Below, in pieces: positions 38,276 to 48,049 of a DNA stretch of 64,000 nucleotides. Numbering within the stretch: the stretch's first letter is position 1; each line of letters begins with the position of its first letter. Below the pieces are notes generated by a model. The model searched no databases. It worked only from the letters and a program-made list of their open reading frames with translations, and was not told where the DNA came from. Origin of the DNA: a virus; UHGV virus genome UHGV-0010228. One strand, given 5' to 3'. Both the position numbers and the translations under genes were made by a program.

Positions 38276-38485
38276 AGTTATTCTCCTTTATATCCTATGT
38301 AACTATAATTTATTCGTTTAAATAATATATCTATATAAATTATTTTTTATATCTCGGTATAAACATAAAAGTAAAGGTGATTGATTACTAACCTTTTTGT
38401 CAAAATTCATTTTATGTATGTTATTTTAATAATAACATACACCTCCAATTAAATAAGGCTGAAAAATATTGTGATTAACGGCAAT

Positions 38486-38513
38486 AAAAGAGAGTGCATT
38501 TGCACTCTCTTTT
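38486..38513 (-). terminator. intrinsic terminator within the 372-bp non-coding gap
   Basis: aaaagagagtgca-tt-tgcactctctttt. Confidence 0.6.
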
Positions 38514-38533
38514 ATTGTATATATATATATATT

Positions 38534-38574
38534 AATTAATGCTATATATCCATTATGGATATATAGCATTAATT
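38534..38574. repeat. perfect 19-bp inverted repeat (3-nt spacer) in non-coding region
   Basis: aattaatgctatatatcca-tta-tggatatatagcattaatt. Confidence 0.5.
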
Positions 38575-38647
38575 GCAGGAATAGGCAATTCATTGAGTAA
38601 AACCATTAGCACATGATTTTACACTTATGTTTATTAGATATAAAAAA

Positions 38648-39388
38648 TTACCAATAATATATTGCATCAGTATCAAGATTATACCCTTCGTTATCCCAAG
38701 TTTCAAGAAGCTGCTTCTTTTCATCGTGAGCATTTTGCCATTCATCAATCTTTAATGATATTGTACCAACACCTACTTCTAACTGATCTTTTCTCTTTAA
38801 TTGATTATAAAGAAATTCTTCTAAGTCTAATACGGTCAATTGCCTTAAGTGAGTCATAGCTCTAGGTGGTATTGTTGATAATGATAAATCATGAGTTAAT
38901 GCTATTTCACATCTATAAATACCACCATTCCATCCATTAAATATTGCTAATTTATTAGGTGGAATAAATCTAAATGTTGGTGATTTCTGCATATTTCTAG
39001 ATAATGCTGATGCCATCTGAATATCCGCAACTGTTTCCATTATTACATCAGCACCACCTAATGCTAATGAAGGGAAGTATAAATCATCAGTTCCTCCGCC
39101 ATATGATCCAGCTTCAATATTAAGAACTCCTAATATTGTAGAATCTTGATATTCCTTATATGGAATTTCATAAGTAACTGATCTATCAAAATATCTCATA
39201 GAATCATCTACTATCATATTTGGAGTAATCTGTATCATCTTTATATATGGTGAACGTTGTGAAAATTCTTTTAATGCAGATTGCTGAAATCTCTGTATTA
39301 ATCTAGTATCATCTACCGGTAATGGGATATCTTTTATTCCCATGTCTTCCTTGCATAATGTTAAAAATTCCGAAAGGTTATAAAACAT
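38648..39388 (-). CDS. hypothetical protein
   Basis: AAAGGAGA RBS; 246 aa. Confidence 0.65.
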   Translation of the reverse strand: MFYNLSEFLTLCKEDMGIKDIPLPVDDTRLIQRFQQSALKEFSQRSPYIKMIQITPNMIVDDSMRYFDRSVTYEIPYKEYQDSTILGVLNIEAGSYGGGTDDLYFPSLALGGADVIMETVADIQMASALSRNMQKSPTFRFIPPNKLAIFNGWNGGIYRCEIALTHDLSLSTIPPRAMTHLRQLTVLDLEEFLYNQLKRKDQLEVGVGTISLKIDEWQNAHDEKKQLLETWDNEGYNLDTDAIYYW

Positions 39389-39437
39389 ATATATCCATCT
39401 CCTTTCACAAGATTAACGAGTTGTTAAAAAAATAAAT

Positions 39438-39464
39438 AACCCATATGATATAATCATATGGGTT
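39438..39464 (-). terminator. intrinsic terminator / attenuator hairpin
   Basis: aacccatatgat-ata-atcatatgggtt, T-run on the minus strand. Confidence 0.6.
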
Positions 39465-39477
39465 ATAGAAAAAGTGA

Positions 39478-40125
39478 TTATAAAGTATGCGTATCAGCTG
39501 ATGACGCAGTTATACCGGTTGTAAGGGGTAAACCAATAATGAGATTGTCGGGGTCGGCTTCCTCGACAATGATCGTGTACTTTAAATTAAATGCGTCCAT
39601 TCCACGATCAAATAATAACATTGATACTCTACCATCACCCTTAATCACTTGTTTAAAATTGAATAAAGCGTTCTTATCAACAAATCTAGATTTATATAAA
39701 TCTATATTTATCTGCTTCTGCTGCAATGCTTCTTTAATTAATCTCTTTAATATATCGTCATTATCTTTTATTTCTGGTATAGCCGATCCTTCTGTATCTG
39801 GGAAATTAACAATAACTACCTCTTTATTATTAATCATATTTACTATTTCATCAGGATTTAATGTGCCAACTTTATTTTCCCATTTATATTCATCATCATC
39901 AGGATCTGCTTCAACTAATATGTATTTCTCAATCCTAGTATCAAACCATATCCCTGGTTTTGTTGGATCAAGTGAAGTTTCGCCATTATATAGATAAAAC
40001 TGATCCCCTTTTAAATATGCAGTATCTTCACTAAAATATGTATCTTTATCATTATATAATTTAATAAAATATACACCCGTTTTAGTTACGATTCTAGACT
40101 CATTTGTGAAAACATTCTTTTCCAT
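39478..40125 (-). CDS. hypothetical protein
   Basis: Start placed at the second ATG (MEKNVF), giving 9-nt spacing from AAAGGAGA. Confidence 0.6.
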   Translation of the reverse strand: MEKNVFTNESRIVTKTGVYFIKLYNDKDTYFSEDTAYLKGDQFYLYNGETSLDPTKPGIWFDTRIEKYILVEADPDDDEYKWENKVGTLNPDEIVNMINNKEVVIVNFPDTEGSAIPEIKDNDDILKRLIKEALQQKQINIDLYKSRFVDKNALFNFKQVIKGDGRVSMLLFDRGMDAFNLKYTIIVEEADPDNLIIGLPLTTGITASSADTHTL

Positions 40126-40127
40126 CT

Positions 40128-40763
40128 TTACCATTCTCCTTTATTAAATCCTATACGTTTACGATATTCATCTTCATTCATGTATGAAGATGTATTAATT
40201 GAGTGCTTTAACACTTCTAAACATAATATCATTTCATTAGTGAAATTAAAATCTGATAATATATCATATAATCTCACTAATTCATTTACGGATAAGTCTA
40301 TCCTATTTTCTAATAAATTTATAAATAAATATACACCAGGTGTATATTTATTATTTGCTATCTCTAACACACATGGTGTTATCTTTAATAACTGATCTTC
40401 AAAATAAGATCTATCTGTAGTTGAATATAGCTGTTTATAATCAGCATTTAATAATAAAATACCATCATCAGTTTCAACATACATGTCTTTATATAACTCT
40501 CCACCGAACCATTTTATTGCTCTTTCAATGGTTCTTAATACATCTTTAAAATTAGCTGTAGTTATTTTAAATGAACGATACTTTAGCATTTCACTTGCAA
40601 TTCCAGTTTGATATGGTAACGCTAAATATAATATACCATTAGAATTTACATTGTATATTTTATTTAAATCATATGCTGAAACTGGAGGAAAATAAAATTG
40701 AAGATTATATTTCTTCGTTTTATATATCATTCTTTTTATTGGGTAATTATTTAGTATACTCAT
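40128..40763 (-). CDS. hypothetical protein
   Basis: Start moved to MSILNNYP, preceded by GGAGG. Confidence 0.6.
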   Translation of the reverse strand: MSILNNYPIKRMIYKTKKYNLQFYFPPVSAYDLNKIYNVNSNGILYLALPYQTGIASEMLKYRSFKITTANFKDVLRTIERAIKWFGGELYKDMYVETDDGILLLNADYKQLYSTTDRSYFEDQLLKITPCVLEIANNKYTPGVYLFINLLENRIDLSVNELVRLYDILSDFNFTNEMILCLEVLKHSINTSSYMNEDEYRKRIGFNKGEW

Positions 40764-40790
40764 TTTATCCTCCAAAATTTAAGAAAAAGT

Positions 40791-40822
40791 TTGATTCTGT
40801 GTAAAATTTTACACAGAATCAA
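40791..40822 (-). terminator. palindromic hairpin overlapping the helicase gene stop
   Basis: ttgattctgtgtaaaa / ttttacacagaatcaa perfect palindrome. Confidence 0.5.
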
Positions 40823-42290
40823 AATCAACTACAAAGCAATCTTTAATTTTGGTTTTATTAAGATATTTCAAACGCTGCTTTAATTTTTTCTTACAATACG
40901 GAAATCCATTATCAGTTACAATAAAGTATATTGCATCTTTACCATCTTTTAATGGTCTGGATCTACCTGCAGCCTGATTATCTTCTACTTTATTACTTTG
41001 ATTTAATCCTACTACATAGCGTATATCATCAACATCAATACCTGTGCTAAATGATTTATATGTAGAGACAATAACATTTGCTTCATTCTTTGCAAATTCT
41101 TTTTCTTCTGCAGGTACTTTACTATGATATCTTCCAAATGTAAATTTATCTTTCCATACACCTTTAAGATACATTGTGATTTCATCTACATGCGCTATCT
41201 GGGTTACAAGTATTAATGCTCTGTGATCATCTTGAATAGCACTCATTATAAAATCTAGCACTTTAAATATAATACCTTTTCGAATTTGATATCGCATATA
41301 ATTATCAGCACTATATCCATATCTATTATATATTGCCATAGATTCTGCTGTTGATGGGTGACTATCATATGTAATATTGATGATCTTTGTATATTTCATT
41401 GTCTTACTAATATCTTCAGATGGAGTAATTATTTTACACTTATTAAAGATCTGATAATATAATTTTTCTTTCTTTCTATCTCCTTGAGCATAGTCTGCTG
41501 ACATATATATCGTTTTATCTACATTTGATAATGCATTTATCTTTACTATATTAGACATGTTACGATGACTCTCATCAAATATTAATAACCCTATACCAAA
41601 ACCATTCATGATTCTCTCTAATCTAGAATAATCTGTACGTTTAAGATATGATGTTATAATACCTGGTGTTGATAGATAAATATCGTAATCATTATATGCT
41701 TCTGGCTCTTCATATACTTTATCTAATATTTCTGATGATGAGATTATCATTATTTTATTAGAATCTTTATTAGTCTTATTAATAAATGTAGATTTCCATT
41801 GATTAAGAATTTCAGTTGAAAAGCATAGTATCATAGTTTTACACTGTAATACTGATGTTATATATACTCCTAATACAGTTTTACCAGATCCTGTTTGAGC
41901 ATTAACAAAGAATTCTTTATAATAATCGTCAAGTAATATTGATTCAGATATTTCACCCTGCATATCTCTTAATACAATATCGTTATTTAATTTAAAGAAT
42001 TGAGATTGCTTTTTAGATCTTGTAGATCGCATATTTCTTACAAGATAATCGCCAAAATTAAATGTTAGCATTTCCGATGATTGATTGTGGGTAATAAAAG
42101 CCGGTAATCCATTATAGTTATCAACATAGAATCCTGTAACTTCATTTCGTTTATGATATACTTTATCATATATTGAAGTTACATTTTCAAGAGTTCGACA
42201 CTGATGTTTTTTATATGGTGATATTATAGTGCCATTTTTTGATTTAATTATTTCTCCCATAATATTTATTTTCCTTTCATAATAATCCAT
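40809..42290 (-). CDS. SF2 DNA helicase (DEAD/DExH-box; UvsW/RAD25-like)
   Basis: Walker A AQTGSGKT, DExH LLIFDESHRN, motif VI QAAGRSRP. The first ATG lacks an RBS; an in-frame ATG 30 nt downstream has AAAGGAAA. Confidence 0.75.
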   Translation of the reverse strand: MDYYERKINIMGEIIKSKNGTIISPYKKHQCRTLENVTSIYDKVYHKRNEVTGFYVDNYNGLPAFITHNQSSEMLTFNFGDYLVRNMRSTRSKKQSQFFKLNNDIVLRDMQGEISESILLDDYYKEFFVNAQTGSGKTVLGVYITSVLQCKTMILCFSTEILNQWKSTFINKTNKDSNKIMIISSSEILDKVYEEPEAYNDYDIYLSTPGIITSYLKRTDYSRLERIMNGFGIGLLIFDESHRNMSNIVKINALSNVDKTIYMSADYAQGDRKKEKLYYQIFNKCKIITPSEDISKTMKYTKIINITYDSHPSTAESMAIYNRYGYSADNYMRYQIRKGIIFKVLDFIMSAIQDDHRALILVTQIAHVDEITMYLKGVWKDKFTFGRYHSKVPAEEKEFAKNEANVIVSTYKSFSTGIDVDDIRYVVGLNQSNKVEDNQAAGRSRPLKDGKDAIYFIVTDNGFPYCKKKLKQRLKYLNKTKIKDCFVVDFDSV

Positions 42291-42359
42291 CTAAATAATA
42301 TATCTTCTAATATAGATCAATCAAAAAACACAAACTTAAATGAGGGGAGGCGAATTTAA

Positions 42360-44510
42360 TTGTCAATTTATTCTAAGATTTTAGACTTATTGAAATATTA
42401 TCGAGATCGGCATTTTCGATTAAATACTATTGCTAAAGATAATCATATTATTAATGAAAATAAAACGATCAGTGAAATAGGTGAGACCTTTAGTACAATA
42501 ACTAAATTAACTCCTTCTAGATCTCCAGAATCAGTCTCACCAGAATTTCCATTAGGACATCAAACTATACATGATGATGGTACAAGAGTTAATGGTATTG
42601 GATTAGGATACGAATTCTGTATAACAACAGCTGATACTCCTCCTAATATAAGTAAAATATCATCTGACTGTATCTTTAGATACAGTCCTAACAAATCATA
42701 TTCTAACCGTAATGGTCAAGGAGGTTATATAACTCTTAGAAATAATTCGATAAAGTATAATAGTTTAGAAATTATAAGTAATTCTAATGGTATTGATAAA
42801 AACGCATATTATTCTTTATCACAACCCGGGCCTGAAAAATACCAGTTTAATCGCATATCTCGCGATCCAATTACATCATATAAAGTGGTGAATACTGTAG
42901 CCTGTAAAAACTACATGTGTTGGTCTAATGGGGACAATGCTGATCTGACAAATATCAACATCATGAGCTTAGATGGTGCGATAATACTCAGTAATTACCG
43001 TCCAACAAGCTCGGCTAACACCTATAATGAAATATTAGATATGAGTCCAGGAAACGATAATGAAGTTTATGTATTATATAGAATCAATAAAAATACTACA
43101 GGATCAAACTCATATTCAATAATGAAGATCAACACTGCTCCAACAACACCAAACAATATAATTATTTCTGAAACTATAATTGATAAATGTAGTTATTGCA
43201 ATTCAGAAATAAAATATACTGAAGTTAAAAATATTAGTGGATCGTCTGATGGGTGCTATGCGGGTGTTTATATAAAGAATTCCGCTTCAGGTTTTATTTA
43301 TATAAAGAATGATTCACATAAAGTTTATAAAAATGAAAGAGCTCCAGTTTCAACTGGGAATTTTAAAGTTTCATATTCAGTTTCATATAAACGATTTAAT
43401 ATATATTCAAATACGCTATCATTATTAGGGTTTACGTATTTTAATTATGAAATAATTGACTATTATGGAAATACTGATACTTTTTATATTCTATATACAA
43501 ATAACGATAAATATTTTATTAGAAAATATAGAATAAATTCTCCAGTAAGTACAACAGCTGAGTTTGTATTGGAATGGACAACATGTATTGATTTGCCATT
43601 TTACAATATTCATACTGCAAATAAAACTAATAATTGTTTTGTATCATTCGATAATGATAATATGTATATTGCTTATGATGGTATAACAACATTTATTGAT
43701 ATAACATCTGGACGCATAGTGTCTAAATGTTCTGGTCATGTTATATGCATCAATAAATCTAAATATACTGATATATTAGACGAAAATAACAGTATTTCAA
43801 CCTATAGCTTAGGAACTGTAACTTCATTTATATATGAGATCAATAGAAGTTTAGGTGGTTATCTTATTAGTAATGATGAAAACATTTATGTTTCACAAAA
43901 TTTAACTAATTGGAGCTATATTATAGATACAAAGTATAAAGTAAGCTCTAGGCGATTAATATTTATGGATAATAACGGTATTATATATATCGCAAATAAT
44001 ATTGGTTCTACATCTAATAATATTATATATTTAGATTTATATTCAATTGATGGGATATTCTTAACGAGTTTTAAATTACCATCACAATCAACATTTTCAT
44101 CTGACAACACATTCTTCATATGCACTAACAAAGAAAAGAGTTCAAATATTGATGTATATTTTATAAATTACACATCTGCATTTCATATAACGAATGCAAA
44201 TGAATATAAAGTTAATCAAACTACTAGTATTGAAGTGCCTAAACTGATTAGAGGGACTAGCGTGATCTCATCTAATAGGATTCAATTATTAAATTTGGAT
44301 TTTATCCCTGAAAAAGTAATTATATCAATAAACGATTCTGTTACTATTGAAAGTACATATAATGGAACCATTAAATCATCAGATTCAGATTTTGCATCAC
44401 TAAATGCAGATGGAATTAATAATAATAATGTAGATATAATTGTCCCAGAAAAATATAATGGATTTAATTATACGTATGCTATATTTGGTAGATATTGTAA
44501 ATCCGTATAA
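42360..44510 (+). CDS. hypothetical N/S/T/Y-rich protein, probably virion structural (TTG start)
   Basis: GAGGGGAGG RBS 7 nt upstream of TTG. Beta-rich composition and Ig-like C-terminal segment. Confidence 0.6.
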   Translation: MSIYSKILDLLKYYRDRHFRLNTIAKDNHIINENKTISEIGETFSTITKLTPSRSPESVSPEFPLGHQTIHDDGTRVNGIGLGYEFCITTADTPPNISKISSDCIFRYSPNKSYSNRNGQGGYITLRNNSIKYNSLEIISNSNGIDKNAYYSLSQPGPEKYQFNRISRDPITSYKVVNTVACKNYMCWSNGDNADLTNINIMSLDGAIILSNYRPTSSANTYNEILDMSPGNDNEVYVLYRINKNTTGSNSYSIMKINTAPTTPNNIIISETIIDKCSYCNSEIKYTEVKNISGSSDGCYAGVYIKNSASGFIYIKNDSHKVYKNERAPVSTGNFKVSYSVSYKRFNIYSNTLSLLGFTYFNYEIIDYYGNTDTFYILYTNNDKYFIRKYRINSPVSTTAEFVLEWTTCIDLPFYNIHTANKTNNCFVSFDNDNMYIAYDGITTFIDITSGRIVSKCSGHVICINKSKYTDILDENNSISTYSLGTVTSFIYEINRSLGGYLISNDENIYVSQNLTNWSYIIDTKYKVSSRRLIFMDNNGIIYIANNIGSTSNNIIYLDLYSIDGIFLTSFKLPSQSTFSSDNTFFICTNKEKSSNIDVYFINYTSAFHITNANEYKVNQTTSIEVPKLIRGTSVISSNRIQLLNLDFIPEKVIISINDSVTIESTYNGTIKSSDSDFASLNADGINNNNVDIIVPEKYNGFNYTYAIFGRYCKSV

Positions 44511-44555
44511 ATGTATTAACAGATCTTTATATTAAGAGGAGGACGATAGTCGTTT

Positions 44556-45080
44556 ATGAATTATTCGGTTATAAAAAAACATGATGTAGCAAATGGTCCT
44601 GGAGTTAGAGTTTCACTTTATGTGTCTGGATGTTCGCATCATTGTAAAAATTGTTTTAATCCTGAGACTTGGGATAAAAATTATGGTTCAATATTTACTT
44701 TAAAAGAAAGAATTGAAATAATTGATGCATTAAGACCTGATTATATTGAAGGTCTAACAATATTAGGCGGAGATCCAATTGAACCTTATAATATTTCTGA
44801 AGTTATTAAACTTATAAAGAGTGTAAAGGTTGTGTATCCAGATAAATCTATTTGGTTATATACTGGATATAAATTTGAAGATCTATTATCTGAGAAATTA
44901 ATCCCCGATCGTAGTATTAGAGATGATATTACAAGATATATTGATGTTATTGTAGATGGAGAGTTCGAAGAAGAAAATAAAGTTATTGATTTAAGATTTA
45001 GGGGATCTACAAATCAAAGAATCATCGATGTTAAAAAGAGTGTTAAAGAAGATTCCATTATATTATGGACAGATAAATAA
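44556..45080 (+). CDS. nrdG: anaerobic ribonucleotide reductase activating protein (radical SAM)
   Basis: GPGVRVSLYVSGCSHHCKNCFNPETW matches the NrdG G-x-G-x-R...GC-x3-C-x2-C-x-N signature. GAGGAGG RBS. Confidence 0.85.
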   Translation: MNYSVIKKHDVANGPGVRVSLYVSGCSHHCKNCFNPETWDKNYGSIFTLKERIEIIDALRPDYIEGLTILGGDPIEPYNISEVIKLIKSVKVVYPDKSIWLYTGYKFEDLLSEKLIPDRSIRDDITRYIDVIVDGEFEEENKVIDLRFRGSTNQRIIDVKKSVKEDSIILWTDK

Positions 45081-45104
45081 GGATAATGCATATGCATTAT
45101 CCTT
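45079..45104. terminator. bidirectional intrinsic terminator
   Basis: aaggataatgca-tatg-cattatcctt palindrome between convergent genes. Confidence 0.7.
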
Positions 45105-45111
45105 ATTAATT

Positions 45112-45654
45112 TTACATAATCCGCTTATATACAAAATTGTGATATAAGTGACCATTAGCATCAACTTTCTGAGGATCATCTGGATTTTCACACTCCCATC
45201 TTGGATCTTTATTAGTAATAAGATTCATAAATAGATTTACAAATGTATCACAAGCACCATTTACATTTGTAAATTTTGTTAAATAAACTTTTTCAGCATC
45301 ATTTGCGAATGCATCATATAATGTAGCCCCTCCAATAATCCAAACATCACCATATTCAAGATATGTGTCGATAAGATCTCTAAGAGCAGATTCATTGTTA
45401 ACAAATATTGACATAGTTTTCTCATCTTCAATTTGATTACAAGGCCTATATTTAGTAGATATAACAACATTCGTTCTATTCTTTAATGGTTTAGAACCTA
45501 TAGATTCCCAGGTTTTTCTACCCATAACTACTACTGATCCTGTAGTCATCATTTTAAAATATTTTAAATCTTCAGGTGATTTACAAAAGAGCTCACCTTT
45601 ATTACCAATACCGCCTATAACATTAGACGCTGCTATCATTTTAATTGTTCCCAT
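45112..45654 (-). CDS. frd: dihydrofolate reductase
   Basis: MIAASNVIGGIGNKGELFCKSPEDLKYFKMMTTG...VVMGRKTWESIG matches the DHFR N-terminal and GRKT motifs. Confidence 0.85.
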   Translation of the reverse strand: MGTIKMIAASNVIGGIGNKGELFCKSPEDLKYFKMMTTGSVVVMGRKTWESIGSKPLKNRTNVVISTKYRPCNQIEDEKTMSIFVNNESALRDLIDTYLEYGDVWIIGGATLYDAFANDAEKVYLTKFTNVNGACDTFVNLFMNLITNKDPRWECENPDDPQKVDANGHLYHNFVYKRIM

Positions 45655-45665
45655 TTTATTCTCCT

Positions 45666-46496
45666 TTATTCTGCCACTGGAATATTTTTTATCTGAGGGT
45701 TTGCCTCATAATTTGGAATATGAATATCATCTATAGTAAAATCATAAAAATCCTTTATATCAGGATTAATTAGTACTTGTGGCGCTGGATAAGTTTTTCT
45801 AGATATCATTTCTTTTACGATTGGTATGTGTCTATCATAAATATGTGCATCCGCAATACAATGAATTAGTGTACCAGCTTCATAACCAGTAACCTGTGCT
45901 AATAATTTTAATAATAACGAATACTGAAATACATTAAATGCATTTGCAACTAATACATCTTGTGATCTTTGATTTAATATAGCATTTAATTTATTTCCAG
46001 TAACATTAAATGTCATACTATAAGCGCATGGTGCTAAATTCATTTCATGTAGATCTTCAAAATTATATATATTAGTTATCATACGTCTACTCTGTGGAGT
46101 ATTCTTTAATTGCCATATGATATTATCAACCTGATCCATTTCTCCCTGTGGGAATAAATATTTCTTACCTAATTGATACCCATAGGCTTTACCTATAGTA
46201 CCATCTTCGCCTTCCCACTGATCCCATATATGATTTCCTAATTCCGAAACCTTATTGGATTTCTTCTGCCATATCCATAATAATTCTTGTGTTGCAGTTT
46301 TCCATGCGGTTGGTCTTAGTGTGCATAATGGCATTTCTTTACCAACATCATAGACATTTACTGCACCAAATATTTTTATAGTATGGGCTGGTGTTCCATC
46401 TTCCCATTTAGCTCTAACAACTGACCCTTCAGTTGAATATCCGTAATCAATAATATGATTACATAACGTAATTAAGCTATCATCATATTTACTCAT
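45666..46496 (-). CDS. thymidylate synthase (ThyA) family enzyme (thymidylate synthase or dUMP/dCMP hydroxymethylase)
   Basis: Start at the internal ATG with AGGAGG. Catalytic-Cys region NLAPCAYSMTFNV resembles LPPCHxxxQFYV. IFGAVNVYD resembles the ThyA N-terminal block. Confidence 0.75.
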   Translation of the reverse strand: MSKYDDSLITLCNHIIDYGYSTEGSVVRAKWEDGTPAHTIKIFGAVNVYDVGKEMPLCTLRPTAWKTATQELLWIWQKKSNKVSELGNHIWDQWEGEDGTIGKAYGYQLGKKYLFPQGEMDQVDNIIWQLKNTPQSRRMITNIYNFEDLHEMNLAPCAYSMTFNVTGNKLNAILNQRSQDVLVANAFNVFQYSLLLKLLAQVTGYEAGTLIHCIADAHIYDRHIPIVKEMISRKTYPAPQVLINPDIKDFYDFTIDDIHIPNYEANPQIKNIPVAE

Positions 46497-46601
46497 TTTA
46501 TTAACCTCCTTAAAATAAGTATCCATATAACTTTATAGATAAGTTAGATAAGGAATACTAAAAAACAAAATCGTAATTTTATAGAAAGGGTGGGTAAAGA
46601 C

Positions 46602-47810
46602 ATGGATACTATCCCTGAAAATTTAAAAAAAGAACTATTAGCACTAGATGCTAAAACTATAACAGTTTCTCAGATATCATCTTTATTTGGTTATACAATG
46701 GATAAAGAATCTGGAGATCCTTTTAAAGTTAAACCTCCGAAATTTGATACTACATGGAAAATGCATTTAAATGCCGGAGAATATATCAACAAAGAAGCTG
46801 TAGATACTCATGTTGGAATATTTTTATTTAATAAACTTCTTATTGAGGGAAATGTTGAAGATGCAATTCCAAATGGTTACTATAATGAAGTAATGACCGC
46901 AAAGAAAATGAAAAAGTTACTTTCAATGATTGCAAATGCCTTATTAAATAATATTGTAACAATAAAGCCTCAAGTATATCATTTTCTAAGAAATTATGAA
47001 TTTTGGTCTCTTAAATTAGTATCTATATTCTCTGCATCATATACGCCTAAGTTATTAGATATGAACACTAAAATTGAGGCTGAAAAGAAGAGAGTTCTGA
47101 ATGATCTCGATTCAATGACTATGGTTGATATGGTAAATGCTGAAGATAAGTTAGTTGATATGGCTAACCAGGTAGTTGGAAACGATCCAGGTAAGGCAAT
47201 ATTTAATTCTGGAGCAAGAGGTTCATTTGAAAACGACTATAAGAACATGATGTTATCTGTAGGACCTACAATGAATCCAACTACAGGGGAATACGATTTT
47301 ATCAAATCTTCTTATTTAGGTGGTATTAGCAAAGAGGATTTAGCTGCCGCAGGAAATATAATTATTAATGCAGAATATCCTAAAGCAATTGGTACTGCTA
47401 AAGGTGGATACTTGGTAAAGCAGTTCTATGCAGTATTTCAGAATGTAGTCTTCGGAGAACCAGGCTCTGATTGTAAAACTAAAGAAGGACTTATAGTAAA
47501 GATTGATAATGATAATGTAAATGAGTATATCGATCAATATGCATTTGGTAAAAGTGGGCCAGTTTTAATTACTGAAGAAAATGCAAAGAATTGGATTGGT
47601 AGAACTATAAAAATTAGATCACCGATGTTTTGTACTGCAGAGCATATTTGTAATAAGTGTGCTGGAGAGAGATTTTATAAATTAGGAATTAGAAATGCAG
47701 GATTAACTGCAATAAATATTGGTTCTAAAATCTTAAATGCCGGAATGAAAAACCGTCACTCTCTTAAAATTAAACTCGATACGGTTGATATTAATAAGGT
47801 GCTAAAATAG
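46602..47810 (+). CDS. multisubunit RNA polymerase beta-prime subunit, C-terminal (trigger-loop region) fragment, copy 1
   Basis: IRSPMFCTAEHICNKCAGERF...GLTAINIGSKILNAGMKNRH parallels the beta-prime VRSVVSC...GVCAHCYGRDL...[23 protein letters not shown] region. Confidence 0.8.
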   Translation: MDTIPENLKKELLALDAKTITVSQISSLFGYTMDKESGDPFKVKPPKFDTTWKMHLNAGEYINKEAVDTHVGIFLFNKLLIEGNVEDAIPNGYYNEVMTAKKMKKLLSMIANALLNNIVTIKPQVYHFLRNYEFWSLKLVSIFSASYTPKLLDMNTKIEAEKKRVLNDLDSMTMVDMVNAEDKLVDMANQVVGNDPGKAIFNSGARGSFENDYKNMMLSVGPTMNPTTGEYDFIKSSYLGGISKEDLAAAGNIIINAEYPKAIGTAKGGYLVKQFYAVFQNVVFGEPGSDCKTKEGLIVKIDNDNVNEYIDQYAFGKSGPVLITEENAKNWIGRTIKIRSPMFCTAEHICNKCAGERFYKLGIRNAGLTAINIGSKILNAGMKNRHSLKIKLDTVDINKVLK

Positions 47811-47821
47811 GAGGTTTAATT

Positions 47822-48007
47822 ATGATAAAAAATGATTCATTAAAGGATATGATGTTTCAAACATCAGCATTCGCACAACTATGTGAAAGATCACGAAATA
47901 AGCAGAATCGGCCATTATCAAATGGATCTACCAGAGTACAAGAATCAACAGAGGCTATTAATAATTTAATAGGTCATTGCATTAAGTATTCAAAAAAATA
48001 TATTTAA
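47822..48007 (+). CDS. hypothetical small protein (61 aa)
   Basis: Strong TAGGAGG RBS 7 nt upstream; followed by a terminator. Confidence 0.4.
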   Translation: MIKNDSLKDMMFQTSAFAQLCERSRNKQNRPLSNGSTRVQESTEAINNLIGHCIKYSKKYI

Positions 48008-48012
48008 TAAAT

Positions 48013-48040
48013 AGGATATGAACTTTAAAGTTCATATCCT
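48013..48040. terminator. bidirectional intrinsic terminator between the two convergent beta-prime C-fragment genes
   Basis: aggatatgaacttt / aaagttcatatcct perfect palindrome. Confidence 0.7.
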
Positions 48041-48049
48041 ATAATATTT

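Noticed and set aside
38401-38450. Possible 30-codon small ORF with GGAGGTG on the minus strand inside the 372-bp gap
   Set aside because: The first ATG after the SD opens only a 5-codon frame. The longer frame starts at a second ATG without its own SD. More likely the hairpins in the gap are the functional signal.
42360-44510. Thought this 716-aa plus-strand protein next to nrdG might be the anaerobic RNR catalytic subunit NrdD
   Set aside because: No glycyl-radical motif (RVxGY-like) or Cys4 zinc site at the C-terminus. Composition is N/S/T/Y-rich beta-type like a structural protein.
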